Positions 40,093 through 50,509 of a DNA stretch of 64,000 nt are shown piece by piece. The position numbers and the translations under genes were made by a program. This DNA is from an uncultured cyanobacterium (GTDB lineage: Bacteria > Cyanobacteriota > Cyanobacteriia > CAKZMO01), in assembly GCA_963719515.1 (NCBI GenBank), contig CAVRCJ010000003.1, forward strand, positions 766,470-830,469. Reading direction: 5' to 3'. Positions within the stretch are counted from its first letter, which is position 1, and each line of letters starts with the position of its first letter. The notes beneath the pieces are model-generated. The model was not told the origin of the DNA. It was given only the letters and a program-made list of their open reading frames with translations, and made no database searches.

Positions 40093-40632
40093 ATGGACCT
40101 ATTTACTCTGTATTGGATTTTGGTCGCCGTCATGGTGGTCGGTGCCCTAGGCGAACTGATTCCCGGCATGCCTGGGGCGAGCCTGATATTGATCTCCATT
40201 TTGGTATGGGCGATCGCCACTGACTTCACCGGCATCGGCTGGTCTTTAATTGTCGTCTTTATCCTGTTGATCGCTAGCGCCGCCGTGGAGCTGCTGGCCG
40301 CCTACTGGGGAGCCAAGCGAGCGGGGGCGAGCCGCTGGGGACAGTTTGGGGCGCTGATTGGGCTGGTGGCGGGGGTTATCGGTCTTTTGCCAGCGCTGCC
40401 CTTCGGCGGTCCGCTGCTGGGCATCTTTGTCGGCCCCTTTGTGGGAGCCTTTATTGCTGAGTACATTTACCGCAGTGACCTGCAGGGCCGCGATCGCACC
40501 GAGACAGCGTTCAAAGCCAGCCTGGGGACGGTATTCGGTTCGATTGTCGGAAACCTGATCGATGGACTGCTGTCCGTGTTAGCCGTGGTGGTTTTCGTGC
40601 TCACCACCTACCCCAGCGTCAGCAGCCTTTGA
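40093..40632 (+). CDS. DUF456 membrane protein
   Basis: IPGMPG, GAKRAGASRWG, GPFVGAFIAE. Confidence 0.9.
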   Translation: MDLFTLYWILVAVMVVGALGELIPGMPGASLILISILVWAIATDFTGIGWSLIVVFILLIASAAVELLAAYWGAKRAGASRWGQFGALIGLVAGVIGLLPALPFGGPLLGIFVGPFVGAFIAEYIYRSDLQGRDRTETAFKASLGTVFGSIVGNLIDGLLSVLAVVVFVLTTYPSVSSL

Positions 40633-40642
40633 GCCGGAGGGC

Positions 40643-40918
40643 TCACCGCAGCCCTCGGCGGATGAGCCCTAGAACGGCGGCCAGCACTGCCGAACCGATG
40701 ATGGACCAGATGATCGGGAAGCCCTGACCCCCCAAATTAATAGACAGCAGCACGGGAAGCCCGAACTCGCGGGCAATCCACACGCCGAGGTACGCGCCGA
40801 TCACGCCAATAACGATGGAGACCAGGCAGCCGCCCCTTGAGTAGCCGACGAGCGCCTGGCCAAGCCCCCCACAAATCGCGGCAACGATGAGCAGCAGTAA
40901 GAGTTCTAGAATAGACAT
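40643..40918 (-). CDS. GlsB/YeaQ/YmgE (transglycosylase-associated) membrane protein
   Basis: SIVIGVIGAYLG..IIWSIIGSAVL. Confidence 0.85.
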   Translation of the reverse strand: MSILELLLLLIVAAICGGLGQALVGYSRGGCLVSIVIGVIGAYLGVWIAREFGLPVLLSINLGGQGFPIIWSIIGSAVLAAVLGLIRRGLR

Positions 40919-41066
40919 AGGTTCTGTTGTCCTAATTTAAAGAAATCGTCAGTCACACTGTTGTAGGCTTTAGGTCCCGCCCCCCGTAAGTTGTAAGCCC
41001 TATTGGGTTCTATACTGGTACCGGTTTTTCCACCTCTATTTAGGCTAGAAAGCCACCGAGACCACT

Positions 41067-41113
41067 GTGCTTGAGATTACTGGTGCTTGAGATTACTGGT
41101 GCTTGAGATTACT
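41067..41113. repeat. 16 bp tandem repeat x3 (GTGCTTGAGATTACTG)
   Basis: Directly visible upstream of pilD. Confidence 0.9.
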
Positions 41114-41170
41114 ATGGGTTAATTCAAGCGGGCTGTACCAGACTGTACTGGAGAGGAAGCGATCGCCATC

Positions 41171-41959
41171 TTGACGTCAGCGCTAGCGTTTCTCCTAGGA
41201 ATCGCCGTGGGCAGTTTTCTTAACGTTGTGGCCTACCGACTCCCCCAGGGTCAATCAATCCTATGGCCGCCGTCCCGCTGCCCGAGGTGTCAACGCCCCC
41301 TAACCTGGCGAGACAACGTCCCGGTGGCGGGCTGGCTGCTGCTGCGGGGGCGCTGTCGCTACTGCCGTGGTGCAATATCTCCCCGCTATCCCCTTGTCGA
41401 GTTTTCAACCGGGCTGCTGTTTGTGCTGACGGTTTGGCGGTTCGACCAGCCGACGCTGATCTTGGGCTACTGCCTGCTCATCAGCTGGCTGCTCGCCCTC
41501 AGCTTAATCGACCTAGACACCCTGCGACTACCCAATGCCCTGACCCAGCCGGGGTTAATCGCCGGGCTAGTGTTTCACGCCGGGGTGGGGTGGGGCGAAG
41601 CGGGGTTTGTCGGACTGGTGCGCGGTCTCGTGGCCAGTCTCTTAGGAGCGGTTGTCGGACTTTGGCTATTTGAGGGGGTCGCGTTCATCGGTTCAATAGC
41701 TTATGGCCAAACTGCTATGGGGGGAGGGGATGCCAAGCTAGCGGCCTTGCTGGGGGCCTGGCTCGGCTGGCAGCAGCAGCTACTGGCTGGCTTTCTGGCC
41801 TGCGCTCTAGGGGCGCTATTTGGTATCTTTGGCTTAGCATCAGGCCGCTTGGGCCGACGTCAGGCGATGCCGTTTGGCCCGTTTTTGGCGCTGGGTGGTA
41901 CCCTCAGCCTGTTTTTTGGCAGGGCTTTGATCTCGACCTATCTGGGATGGTTCTCGTAG
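41171..41959 (+). CDS. pilD: Prepilin peptidase/N-methyltransferase
   Basis: GSFLNVVAYRLP, two CxxC, IDLD, MGGGDAKL, PFGPFL. Confidence 0.95.
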   Translation: MTSALAFLLGIAVGSFLNVVAYRLPQGQSILWPPSRCPRCQRPLTWRDNVPVAGWLLLRGRCRYCRGAISPRYPLVEFSTGLLFVLTVWRFDQPTLILGYCLLISWLLALSLIDLDTLRLPNALTQPGLIAGLVFHAGVGWGEAGFVGLVRGLVASLLGAVVGLWLFEGVAFIGSIAYGQTAMGGGDAKLAALLGAWLGWQQQLLAGFLACALGALFGIFGLASGRLGRRQAMPFGPFLALGGTLSLFFGRALISTYLGWFS

Positions 41960-42032
41960 ACGGGTCTGACCCGCCACAGACTTAACTGTGGGGCTGTCGG
42001 TAGAGTAGCTTCCAGCGCAGCATTGTTTATTT

Positions 42033-42305
42033 ATGGCTATCGACTTGCATATGGCGCGTGCTGAACTCTGGATTACGATCAAAACGGGACTGCGGTGGGA
42101 AGTGGAATTCATGCAGCAGATTCTTGCCGCCCAAGAAATTTCCGCGAGAATCATCAACCATGGCGCGTATCCCCACTTTGGCTGCGGGGCGCTAGCGGCA
42201 CTCCAGGTGCAGCGGCAGGATCAGTGGACCTCGCTGCTGCTGCTCAGCCCAAAAGAAGAAGAGCTTGCCCCATCTGACGAATGGCCTCCCGCAGACCCAA
42301 GCTAA
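42033..42305 (+). CDS. Small hypothetical protein (DUF2007-like)
   Basis: WITIKT..RWEVEFMQQILAAQEI pattern; lies between pilD and accD. Confidence 0.6.
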   Translation: MAIDLHMARAELWITIKTGLRWEVEFMQQILAAQEISARIINHGAYPHFGCGALAALQVQRQDQWTSLLLLSPKEEELAPSDEWPPADPS

Positions 42306-42379
42306 TTCACCGCGGAATGGCGATGTCAGCAAATTTGTGAAAAGATGAGGACGAGCACCGTGAGGAGGCAGCGATCGCT

Positions 42380-43306
42380 ATGTCCCTATTTGATTGGTTT
42401 GCAAATCGTCAGAAATCGGGCACAACCCCCAACTCGAACTATCAGCGAGAAATTGCTGATGGATTGTGGAGCAAGTGCATGGCCTGCGGCGTTTTGACCT
42501 ACACCAAAGACCTGCGCACCAATCAAATGGTTTGTTTGGACTGCGGCCATCACCATCGTATCGGCAGCGACGAGCGCGTCCGCCAGCTGATTGATAGCGG
42601 TACGTGGCATCCTCTAGATGATAACCTCCGGCCCATCGACCCCCTCAACTTTCACGACCGTAAGGCCTACCGCGATCGCATTCAGGATTATCAGACCAAA
42701 ACCAGCAAGCTCGACGCCGTCAAAACCGGGCTAGGGCAGCTCGATGGCTTACCGGTAGGGCTAGGGGTCATGGATTTTGAGTTCATGGGCGGCAGCATGG
42801 GTTCTGTCGTCGGGGAGAAGCTAACTCGGATGATCGAGCGGGCCACCGACGAGCGGCTGCCCGTTGTTATCGTCTGTGCCTCCGGCGGGGCGCGCATGCA
42901 GGAGGGCATGCTGAGCCTGTCCCAAATGGCAAAAATTTCTGGAGCCCTAGAGCGCCATCGCGAAGGCCGCCTGCTTTATGTCCCGGTGCTCACCAATCCA
43001 ACGACGGGGGGCGTCACGGCTAGCTTTGCCATGCTCGGTGACGTGATTATTGCCGAACCCAAGGCAACAATCGGGTTTGCGGGGCGGCGGGTTGTGGAGC
43101 AAACGCTGCGCGAGAAGCTACCCGACGATTTTCAGACCTCGGAGTATATGCTGAACCATGGCTTTGTGGATAGCATCGTACCTAGAACTCAGCTCAAGAA
43201 GCTTTTAGCCCAGCTCATTTGCCTCCACCAGCCCCACGTTCACACCCCTGACTTTGTCAACATTCCTCAGTCTGTTCCCGTCCCGCGCCCGTTTTCCCAG
43301 ACCTAA
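42380..43306 (+). CDS. accD: Acetyl-CoA carboxylase carboxyltransferase beta subunit
   Basis: Zn finger, [37 protein letters not shown]. Confidence 0.98.
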   Translation: MSLFDWFANRQKSGTTPNSNYQREIADGLWSKCMACGVLTYTKDLRTNQMVCLDCGHHHRIGSDERVRQLIDSGTWHPLDDNLRPIDPLNFHDRKAYRDRIQDYQTKTSKLDAVKTGLGQLDGLPVGLGVMDFEFMGGSMGSVVGEKLTRMIERATDERLPVVIVCASGGARMQEGMLSLSQMAKISGALERHREGRLLYVPVLTNPTTGGVTASFAMLGDVIIAEPKATIGFAGRRVVEQTLREKLPDDFQTSEYMLNHGFVDSIVPRTQLKKLLAQLICLHQPHVHTPDFVNIPQSVPVPRPFSQT

Positions 43307-43312
43307 TACGCC

Positions 43313-43951
43313 ATGTCGGCAGCTCAGTACCTCTATCTGCATGGTTTTGCGTCCGGTCCCCAATCTCATAAAGCGCAGTATCTTCAGGCCCGCCTGAAGG
43401 AAGTTGGCCAACCCCTCGCTGTCCCTGACCTCAATACGGGCGGCTTTTTCGGCTTGACCCTGACTCGCCAAATTGAGCAAGTCGGCTCCCTCGTGCTGCG
43501 GTACGGAGGACCGACTGTGTTGATCGGGTCTAGCTTTGGAGGGCTGACCGCCGCTTGGGTTGCTGAGCACCAGCCCAAAGTAGAACAGCTTGTGCTACTT
43601 GCTCCAGCGTTTGACTTTTTGAAATATCTGCGGTTGAGGGTTAAAGAACAATCTCGTCAGTGGCGCGAAGATGGCAAAATGTCTCTCTACCACTATGGCT
43701 TTCAGCGAGAAGAACCGCTGAGCTATAGCTTCGTCGAGGATTTAGCGCAATACCCAGATGCAGAGTTGAGGCGATCGCTGCCGACGCTCATCATCCATGG
43801 ACTGCAAGACGACGTCATTCCAGCGTCGGCAAGTCAGAGTTACCAAAGTGCTCGTCCTTGGGTAGTGCTAGATTCGGTTGAAGACGATCATGCGCTTACC
43901 CAATCGCTGCCCTATATTTGGCAGCGACTGAGGGTGCAGCTTACCGCTTAG
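43313..43951 (+). CDS. YqiA/YcfP alpha/beta hydrolase
   Basis: YLHGFASGP, GSSFGG, HGLQDDV, DDH. Confidence 0.92.
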   Translation: MSAAQYLYLHGFASGPQSHKAQYLQARLKEVGQPLAVPDLNTGGFFGLTLTRQIEQVGSLVLRYGGPTVLIGSSFGGLTAAWVAEHQPKVEQLVLLAPAFDFLKYLRLRVKEQSRQWREDGKMSLYHYGFQREEPLSYSFVEDLAQYPDAELRRSLPTLIIHGLQDDVIPASASQSYQSARPWVVLDSVEDDHALTQSLPYIWQRLRVQLTA

Positions 43952-43953
43952 GT

Positions 43954-44514
43954 TCACTCCACCTTCGTGCGTACGTTGAGCCGTCGCAGTGGCCGTCTCG
44001 CCATCCGCACCGTGTGGGGCAAAACTCCTACCAACAGAGCGAATGCATCATCTGGAATCTGGGCAATCGTTTCTCGGTCAAAGTACCCTTCGAACTGGTT
44101 CAAAATCTTTTGAGCCCGGTCTAATGAGGTGTTGCCGTCCGTAAACTGATGGGTTAGGCGAATCCACTGTCGCCGAATCATGTAGCCCTTCTGACGCTCT
44201 TCGTGAGATGCTGGCTCAATGACAGAGAGGTCTCCTACGGGTAAAACGTTTTCGCAGTCCTGGTCAAAATATCCGCCAACAGCAGCACCAGGACCGGCAA
44301 ACTCCGAGTGATAGGCTTTGTAAAGCAGCAGTCCGCTCCGGCGGCGGCTGTCTACCGTGAGTAACCGACCGGCTTTGATTTCGGCTAAAATTTCAGCTGC
44401 ATTGGAGTACCGCATAGGGGGAATATTGGCCTTAGCAGTAGCGTCGCTGTCTGCGCGTTCGCTATGAGTGCCTACTTGCTGTAAGACTTGAGTTTGTTTG
44501 ACTACTTGAGTCAT
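43954..44514 (-). CDS. Cyanobacterial hypothetical protein, possibly a degenerate Crp-like regulator
   Basis: EFAGPGAAVGG and C-terminal HTH-like PDDAFALLVGVLPHTVRMAR. Confidence 0.6.
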   Translation of the reverse strand: MTQVVKQTQVLQQVGTHSERADSDATAKANIPPMRYSNAAEILAEIKAGRLLTVDSRRRSGLLLYKAYHSEFAGPGAAVGGYFDQDCENVLPVGDLSVIEPASHEERQKGYMIRRQWIRLTHQFTDGNTSLDRAQKILNQFEGYFDRETIAQIPDDAFALLVGVLPHTVRMARRPLRRLNVRTKVE

Positions 44515-44899
44515 GGCGTCGAAGCAATATAAAATTACTGTTTGAGCTGGATCAGAAGCAATCTACAGGGGTACGCGAGCGTTTGACTGTAGGCGAGACT
44601 CAATTTTTCAGACACTCAATATACGGAGCTAATAAATTGAGAGGCTTCTATTATTTTTCCCTAAAAAATAAGGGATGCGGTGTATTGGGCAGTAGGCATA
44701 TTTCTACGGTCTCAAGTAAATTGGTTACTTTTGACCGATGGCAGCATCCTGTCATGGACCAAAAACACCTTTGAACAGACATCGTGACTCAGAAACTCTT
44801 CTTCCACCATTTTATGACATGATACCGAGGTATTTTTCTTAGAAATGACGAGGAGTTGTTAAAGACAGAATGAAGATGTTCATCAGGATTTAAGAACAC

Positions 44900-46490
44900 T
44901 TACTTGGAGGACTGCCGTTTTTGGCGGTACTTCAGCGCGATCGCTAGCCCTAAGCCAATTACAAGACCTGAAGTTGGTTCCGGTACTGCCACGGGATCTG
45001 TAGGCGGAACCCCGCCACCGGTATTGCCACCGCCAGTATTGCCACCGCCAGTATTGCCGCCACCGGTATTGCCACCACCGGTATCGCCGCCGCCAGTATC
45101 GCCGCCGCCAGTATCTGCCGCCGCCAGTATCGCCGCCGCCAGTATCGCCACCGCCGGTATCGCCACCGCCAGTATCGCCGCCGCCGGTATCGCCGCCGCC
45201 AGTATCGCCACCGCCAGTATCGCCGCCACCGGTATCGCCACCACCGGTATCGCCGCCGCTACCCGTATTGGGATCGTCTGTTCCGCCATCCCCTCCCCCT
45301 GAAGGTGGGGGGCTCACGACGTCGTATCCGATGACATCAAATAGTAGCCGGTCCACATCCGTGATTTCAAGCTGCTGCCCTAGCGCTGGCGTTGGCTCCG
45401 AGATGCCAACGTAGGTTCCACTTAGTTCATCAGCCTGCCAACTACTCGCACGTTGACCGTCTCCGGTTCTGACACCGGTAGAAAAGCTGGCGATTTTGGT
45501 TCGTCCACCATCGATAGAGAAGTACTTGTCTACCTCCTGTCCGTTTATTTGGCGGCCTGTTGTCCAATCAAAGACGCTAGAAGCCTGCGTACTCGCAGAC
45601 AAGGCCACGCTGTCGTCTGAGAATCGGAAGAGATCAACAGGGCTTACGAAGGGAAACTGGTTGTCGTTGAAGAAGAAGCTGCCATCCTCTGTTTCCAAAG
45701 GAGCGTTGAAATCTAGAACGTCAACTCCACTGATAAATCCCAACGACGAGCCGATCCCTTGAGCGGCCACACCTACAAAGTCAAAGGCATTGTCATCAAT
45801 ACCGTCACTTCGATCAAAGTCCCATGGAAACAGGCTGTTGAGCTGCAGCGAACCATCGCTCCGCGTCGTAGACGGATTGAAAGCTGCAGGAGCGCAGTTG
45901 CGCAGCCCTTCAGCCGGTAAACCAATTGCCTTTGCGTTGGCGCTCGTCAACCGGATTGAGCGATTGTTACAATCGCCATCTGCATCGAGGTAGGGCACAG
46001 TACTGCCCGGACCGTTGGGGTTATTCTGGGTTCCATTGAGCAAGAGCGCAAATTCTGCATCGACTAGCAGATCGAAGTTTGCGCTCTTGGGAAGATTTTG
46101 AATGGCGATTGGATCATTGATGGAAGTGGAATCGGCGGCAAGCGCATTGGTAAAGTTACGATACGAGACATTGACCCGGGTGGGACTGAACCGCCCTAAG
46201 GATGGGGAGTTGAGTACGCCGAACTCAACATCAAGGTTGACTGTGATATCGTCATCAAGAACTGACGACCACAAATCGCCCGCTTGGTTAAATCCGTTGA
46301 TGACGTCCTCAGATGTTCCCTCAGCAAAACCAAAGTTGAACTCCAATGCCTGAGTGCGTGCGGGAACGCTCCATATTGTAGTAGCACCAAGCATGAGAGC
46401 GAGGATCCTCAATGGTCGATTGACGCCAATCACTCGGAGCCACTGAGTATACACGGTTGCTGAAATGTGTTGGGATTTCATATCCACCAA
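44900..46490 (-). CDS. NF038122-like metalloprotease-fold PEP-CTERM protein, frameshifted in its GGG(D/N)T repeat
   Basis: LTSANAKAIGL, DFVGVA, LGFISG, DLFRFS, YFSIDGG; VPEP-TM-basic tail is in another frame; extra base at ~45116. Confidence 0.8.
45013..45262 (-). repeat. 15 bp coding tandem repeat, GGG(D/N)T x ~16
   Basis: (GTATCGCCRCCRCCR)n on the + strand; one unit is 16 bp. Confidence 0.9.
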
Positions 46491-46920
46491 ATTCTGATAG
46501 CTGCGGTAACGGTGGAAGATTTACACCTGAAACCTGCTGTCTTCGTCAGCTTTGAGCCTGTATCGAAATAAACTCTTCAGCACATACACCCGGTAACTCA
46601 ATTACAAGATAGCGACAAATTAGTGCTGCCGTCGCTAGATACTCTCAAGGTTTACCAGAAATTAAAGTTAGACCCAGGTCTCAACAGGTTTAGATATATT
46701 TTTATGCCCCTCACATATATGAGGGAACTAAAGTCTGTAGGCCTCTCTCTCTAAGGACTGAGTAACCGCGTAACATGTTCCGAAATCGCCTTGAACCTTA
46801 TGAGTAACCGTGAGCTGAGGATGTGCCACTTTGCGAACTGAACTACTACTCAGAAGTAGGTGAGCGCGCAGTCGCGAATAAAATGGCAGAGGTTGCCTCC
46901 CGGTACAAGAAGCGCTCTAG

Positions 46921-46946
46921 GATAGGACTATTCAAATAGTCCTATC
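46921..46946. other. Perfect 12 bp inverted repeat (terminator or operator)
   Basis: GATAGGACTATT-CA-AATAGTCCTATC, downstream of the beta-barrel gene. Confidence 0.6.
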
Positions 46947-46996
46947 GACTCATCGTGAACCTTCTTGTTTCGCAAACAGTGGGCGACATCTTTATC

Positions 46997-48199
46997 TTAG
47001 AAGAGCGGCAGATTAACGCCGACGCTAATACCAATTAAGGCGCTATTAAAATCAATAAAGTCAAGATCGGAATCACCGAGCCGCCCGCCGCCAAATAGAG
47101 AAATGCGCGTCGTCGAGGACGGTCTATAGCTGATCTGACCAATGAGCTGCTGATAGTGGTCGTCTCTATCTCCGTCTATGAAGTCAATGAGCGATAGCTG
47201 ATAGAAAATACCTAGGTCTATCCTGGACTGAACAGGATAATTTGCCCCAACGCTCAAGCGGTTAATCAAGCGGCTGCGGCTGTTTGGATCCGCAAAACTG
47301 CGCTGAAGCTGATATGCCGTGTCTATTCTCACTGGGCCAAGCTGATCCTGACGCCCTATGCTTGCCCGAAGCTGATGGTCAGAAATAATGCGATCGCCAC
47401 TCTCGCGGAAAAGCTGCTCATTCTTCCAGCCCACGTCAATATAGGTGCGGCGCGTGATTCTATGAAATATAGAAGCCCCCATCTCCAACTCGTCGTAGTT
47501 GAAGTCAGTCTCATCGAAGTAGCGCACGACGTTTCCATTGAGCGTCAGCACCGCAAAGGTTTGAGAGCCTAAAGCGGGTACAGCCCGTAGGCCAATGCCG
47601 GCCTGTAGGAGGCCGTCTTCAATAGGATCTGCGCTAGAGAGCGCGTTGTCGCTCAAGATCGTACTTGATTGGATTGTGGCATACACCACCGGAGGGCGGG
47701 GAGGCGTGTCCTCTGCGGGCTGAAGCCGCAGAACCCCCAAGTCTGTGTCTACGTCAGCTTGAGGATAGAGCCGCAGAGTCCCCAAGTCTGGATCGTCGTT
47801 GGGAACAGTAAAGCCATCGCTATTTGGCGTCTGGGCCAGTGTCTCAGCTAGCGTCTCATCAACCGAGGGCTGCAGCACCTCTGCTTGGAGTGAGCCGCCC
47901 TCCTCCGGTTCGTCTGGCTCTACTCCGCCCTGAGGGCGTTGAGAGGTGAGCGCCCACGCTGCCTTTTTGTTCGAGGTGGTCTGTTTCGCGGAGGCGAGAA
48001 GGACAGCAATATCTCTGCTGTCCTCTAAATCCTGTAATCTCAGCTCTATCGCCGTAGCATCGGCTGCAGCCTCTCGATCTGTGGTTGCTGCCTCTGATGG
48101 ATAGGCTTGCGCATTAGCCGGCGCTTGAGCACACCCGACGCAGAATGTACAGACAGCCAAGAGTCGAATACGAAGGGTATAGGCAGAGTAGCGAGACAT
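46997..48199 (-). CDS. Outer membrane beta-barrel protein
   Basis: Signal peptide, DPDLGTLRL repeats, alternating amphipathic strands, terminal Phe. Confidence 0.75.
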   Translation of the reverse strand: MSRYSAYTLRIRLLAVCTFCVGCAQAPANAQAYPSEAATTDREAAADATAIELRLQDLEDSRDIAVLLASAKQTTSNKKAAWALTSQRPQGGVEPDEPEEGGSLQAEVLQPSVDETLAETLAQTPNSDGFTVPNDDPDLGTLRLYPQADVDTDLGVLRLQPAEDTPPRPPVVYATIQSSTILSDNALSSADPIEDGLLQAGIGLRAVPALGSQTFAVLTLNGNVVRYFDETDFNYDELEMGASIFHRITRRTYIDVGWKNEQLFRESGDRIISDHQLRASIGRQDQLGPVRIDTAYQLQRSFADPNSRSRLINRLSVGANYPVQSRIDLGIFYQLSLIDFIDGDRDDHYQQLIGQISYRPSSTTRISLFGGGRLGDSDLDFIDFNSALIGISVGVNLPLF

Positions 48200-48623
48200 A
48201 GTTCAGGAACATTTTTCAGGCAGGTCACAGAAATTGGCCTTCCCGCATCTTAACCGATCTGCCAAGGACGCTTGGAAAGACTCAACGAAGTTGATGTGGC
48301 GTGCGATTGGATGCCTTTTTAACTTGTTATCGCTGGGCTAGGGACAGCATATTGCGTTTATTTGAAGGCGCAGTAAATCGAGCGCTATTTTCTATCAAGA
48401 CCCAGTAAAGTTACTCCAACTTTATAAACAGTTTGACCTGATTTAGGAAAATCTAGATGATCATGGTATCAAGGGTCATCTATCTATATCCGGAGCGTTA
48501 CGAGATTAGCTAGCTCCATACAGTGTTTTGTTGAATTTCAACCTCACCCTATGGTTTGATGTTGAGTATATTTTGTAACATCTCCGCTAATCGTTGCTGC
48601 TTGCTTGAGAGGTGAATTGACTC

Positions 48624-50363
48624 ATGATCCGAAAATTTAGTCTGACGTTAACTTTTTCTTTATTTATAGGGCTTCTCTACCCGCTGTCGGCAGAAGCTGT
48701 TCCGCTAACTCGGGCCGTTATTCGGCTGCTTCGCAATGAGGTCAATCTTATCCCTCAGGGGCGATCGCCTCGTCAAGCATTTCTCTCCGACGCAATGACC
48801 CCCGGAGATGCCCTGTCCACTGCTCGACAATCTTTTGCAGAAGTTCAGTTCAACGATGGCTCCATAGCACGCGTTGGGGAAAGTGTACTGTTTCGCTTTG
48901 TTTCTGACACACGCACTTTTCGCTTAGACAATGGCACGGTCTTGCTCATCATTCCACCCGGCCAAGGTAGAACTCGCGTTCGCACACCGAACGCAACAGC
49001 AGGTATTCGAGGCTCAGCGCTATTTGTTCGCCACAACCAAAATGAAGAGAACCCTGAGATGGGGGTTACGCTGATCGGGGCGCTGACCAACAGCGAAATT
49101 ATGGTGTGTAGCGACGGCGCGGTTGAAGTCTGTGATGAGGACTCTTCGGTTGAGGAGTCGCAGCAGGTGACGCTGGAAGCGGGGCAAATGGCCGTTGTCA
49201 GCGGCGGTGAAATTCTGCAGATCTATGAGCTGGATTTAGAGACGTTTTATGAGACGAGCCCGCTCGCTATCGGGTTAGGGGATTCGGAAGACGGATCCAA
49301 CGATAGTGTAATCCCCTGGCAGGTTCAGGAAGAAGTACGCGATGGTTTAGCAACAACCCGCTTTCCAGAAGACAACGGCGACGATATCCTCGTCAATCCT
49401 GAATTTATCACTTCGTCTGATCTCAATAGAGATACGCCATCCTCTACCGGCACCGGCGGGCTCGCTTCTCCCGCTGAGACGGTAGATTCTATTTTCATTG
49501 ATGGCGAGACAATATTGAATCTTCAAGGTGAGGAGCCATCAGAGTCACCTGTGGAGTCACCAACACCAGTACCACCAACACCGACACCAGTACCGACACC
49601 AGTACCGGTGCCAACGCCAACACCGACACCAGTACCGACACCAGTACCGGTGCCAACGCCAACACCGACACCAACACCGACACCGACACCAGTACCGGTG
49701 CCAACGCCAACACCAACACCAGCACCGACACCGACACCAGTACCGGTGCCAACACCAACACCGACACCAGTACCAACGGGCCCTATTGAGCCGCCAGTGA
49801 CAGGACCAGGACCTGGCGAGCCATCAGTGCCAGGACCCATTGAGCCACCAATTCCAGTTGAGCCACCAGTTCCAGTTGAACCACCAGCTCCAGTTGAGCC
49901 ACCAATTCCAGTTGAACCACCAGCTCCAGTTGAGCCACCAGCTCCAGTTGAACCACCAGCTCCAGTTGAGCCACCAATTCCAGTTGAGCCACCAGCTCCG
50001 GTTGAGCCACCAGCTCCAGTTGAGCCGCCAGCTCCAGTTGAACCACCAGCTCCAGTTGAGCCGCCAGCTCCAGTTGAGCCGCCAGCTCCAGTTGAACCGC
50101 CAGCTCCAGTCGAGCCGCCAGCTCCAGTTGAACCGCCAGCTCCAGTTGAGCCGCCAATTCCGGTTGAGCCGCCAGCTCCAGTTGAACCCCCGGCCCCAGT
50201 TGAGCCGCCAATTCCCGTCGATCCACCAGCACCAGTAGGACCGGGAAACCCCCAAGATGATCCGGGTATTGAAGTTCCTCCCCAGGGAGATCCGTTTGGA
50301 GATGACGGTATCCCATTCAACGGCGAGAACGACCAGGGGGAGGACAACAACAACCAGGGATAA
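48624..50363 (+). CDS. Secreted FecR-domain protein with a long Pro-rich stalk
   Basis: [26 protein letters not shown]ecR motif; PT/PV and VEPPAP repeats. Confidence 0.88.
   Translation: MIRKFSLTLTFSLFIGLLYPLSAEAVPLTRAVIRLLRNEVNLIPQGRSPRQAFLSDAMTPGDALSTARQSFAEVQFNDGSIARVGESVLFRFVSDTRTFRLDNGTVLLIIPPGQGRTRVRTPNATAGIRGSALFVRHNQNEENPEMGVTLIGALTNSEIMVCSDGAVEVCDEDSSVEESQQVTLEAGQMAVVSGGEILQIYELDLETFYETSPLAIGLGDSEDGSNDSVIPWQVQEEVRDGLATTRFPEDNGDDILVNPEFITSSDLNRDTPSSTGTGGLASPAETVDSIFIDGETILNLQGEEPSESPVESPTPVPPTPTPVPTPVPVPTPTPTPVPTPVPVPTPTPTPTPTPTPVPVPTPTPTPAPTPTPVPVPTPTPTPVPTGPIEPPVTGPGPGEPSVPGPIEPPIPVEPPVPVEPPAPVEPPIPVEPPAPVEPPAPVEPPAPVEPPIPVEPPAPVEPPAPVEPPAPVEPPAPVEPPAPVEPPAPVEPPAPVEPPAPVEPPAPVEPPIPVEPPAPVEPPAPVEPPIPVDPPAPVGPGNPQDDPGIEVPPQGDPFGDDGIPFNGENDQGEDNNNQG
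49560..50236 (+). repeat. Coding tandem repeats: (PT/PV)n, then 18 bp VEPP(A/I)P x ~21
   Basis: CCAGTTGARCCRCCAGCT units. Confidence 0.92.
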
Positions 50364-50397
50364 GATAGACAGCTGACTTCGTTTTGTCAGTCAGTAA

Positions 50398-50444
50398 CCA
50401 TCAGTAAAGCGGCGAGAGACAGCTGATCGCCGCTTTACTGATGG
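50398..50444 (+). terminator. 18 bp inverted repeat after the FecR gene
   Basis: CCATCAGTAAAGCGGCGA / TCGCCGCTTTACTGATGG; no U tract. Confidence 0.55.
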
Positions 50445-50509
50445 CTGCGCAGTCACGATCAACTAGACAGCGGCGGTAAAGTCTATCTGGTTGCCGCTGC
50501 CGCTTATAG

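Noticed and set aside
39185..41113. Short direct repeats as a possible CRISPR array
   Set aside because: Units are 11 and 16 bp, head-to-tail, with no spacers and no cas genes.
44904..45302. Plus-strand PPVLP/AASIA ORF
   Set aside because: Antisense shadow of the GGGDT repeat.
49495..50353. Several long alternative-frame ORFs (GGSTGA, WNWSW, QLELV, HQLQL repeats)
   Set aside because: Shadows of the stop-free Pro-rich repeat in the FecR gene.
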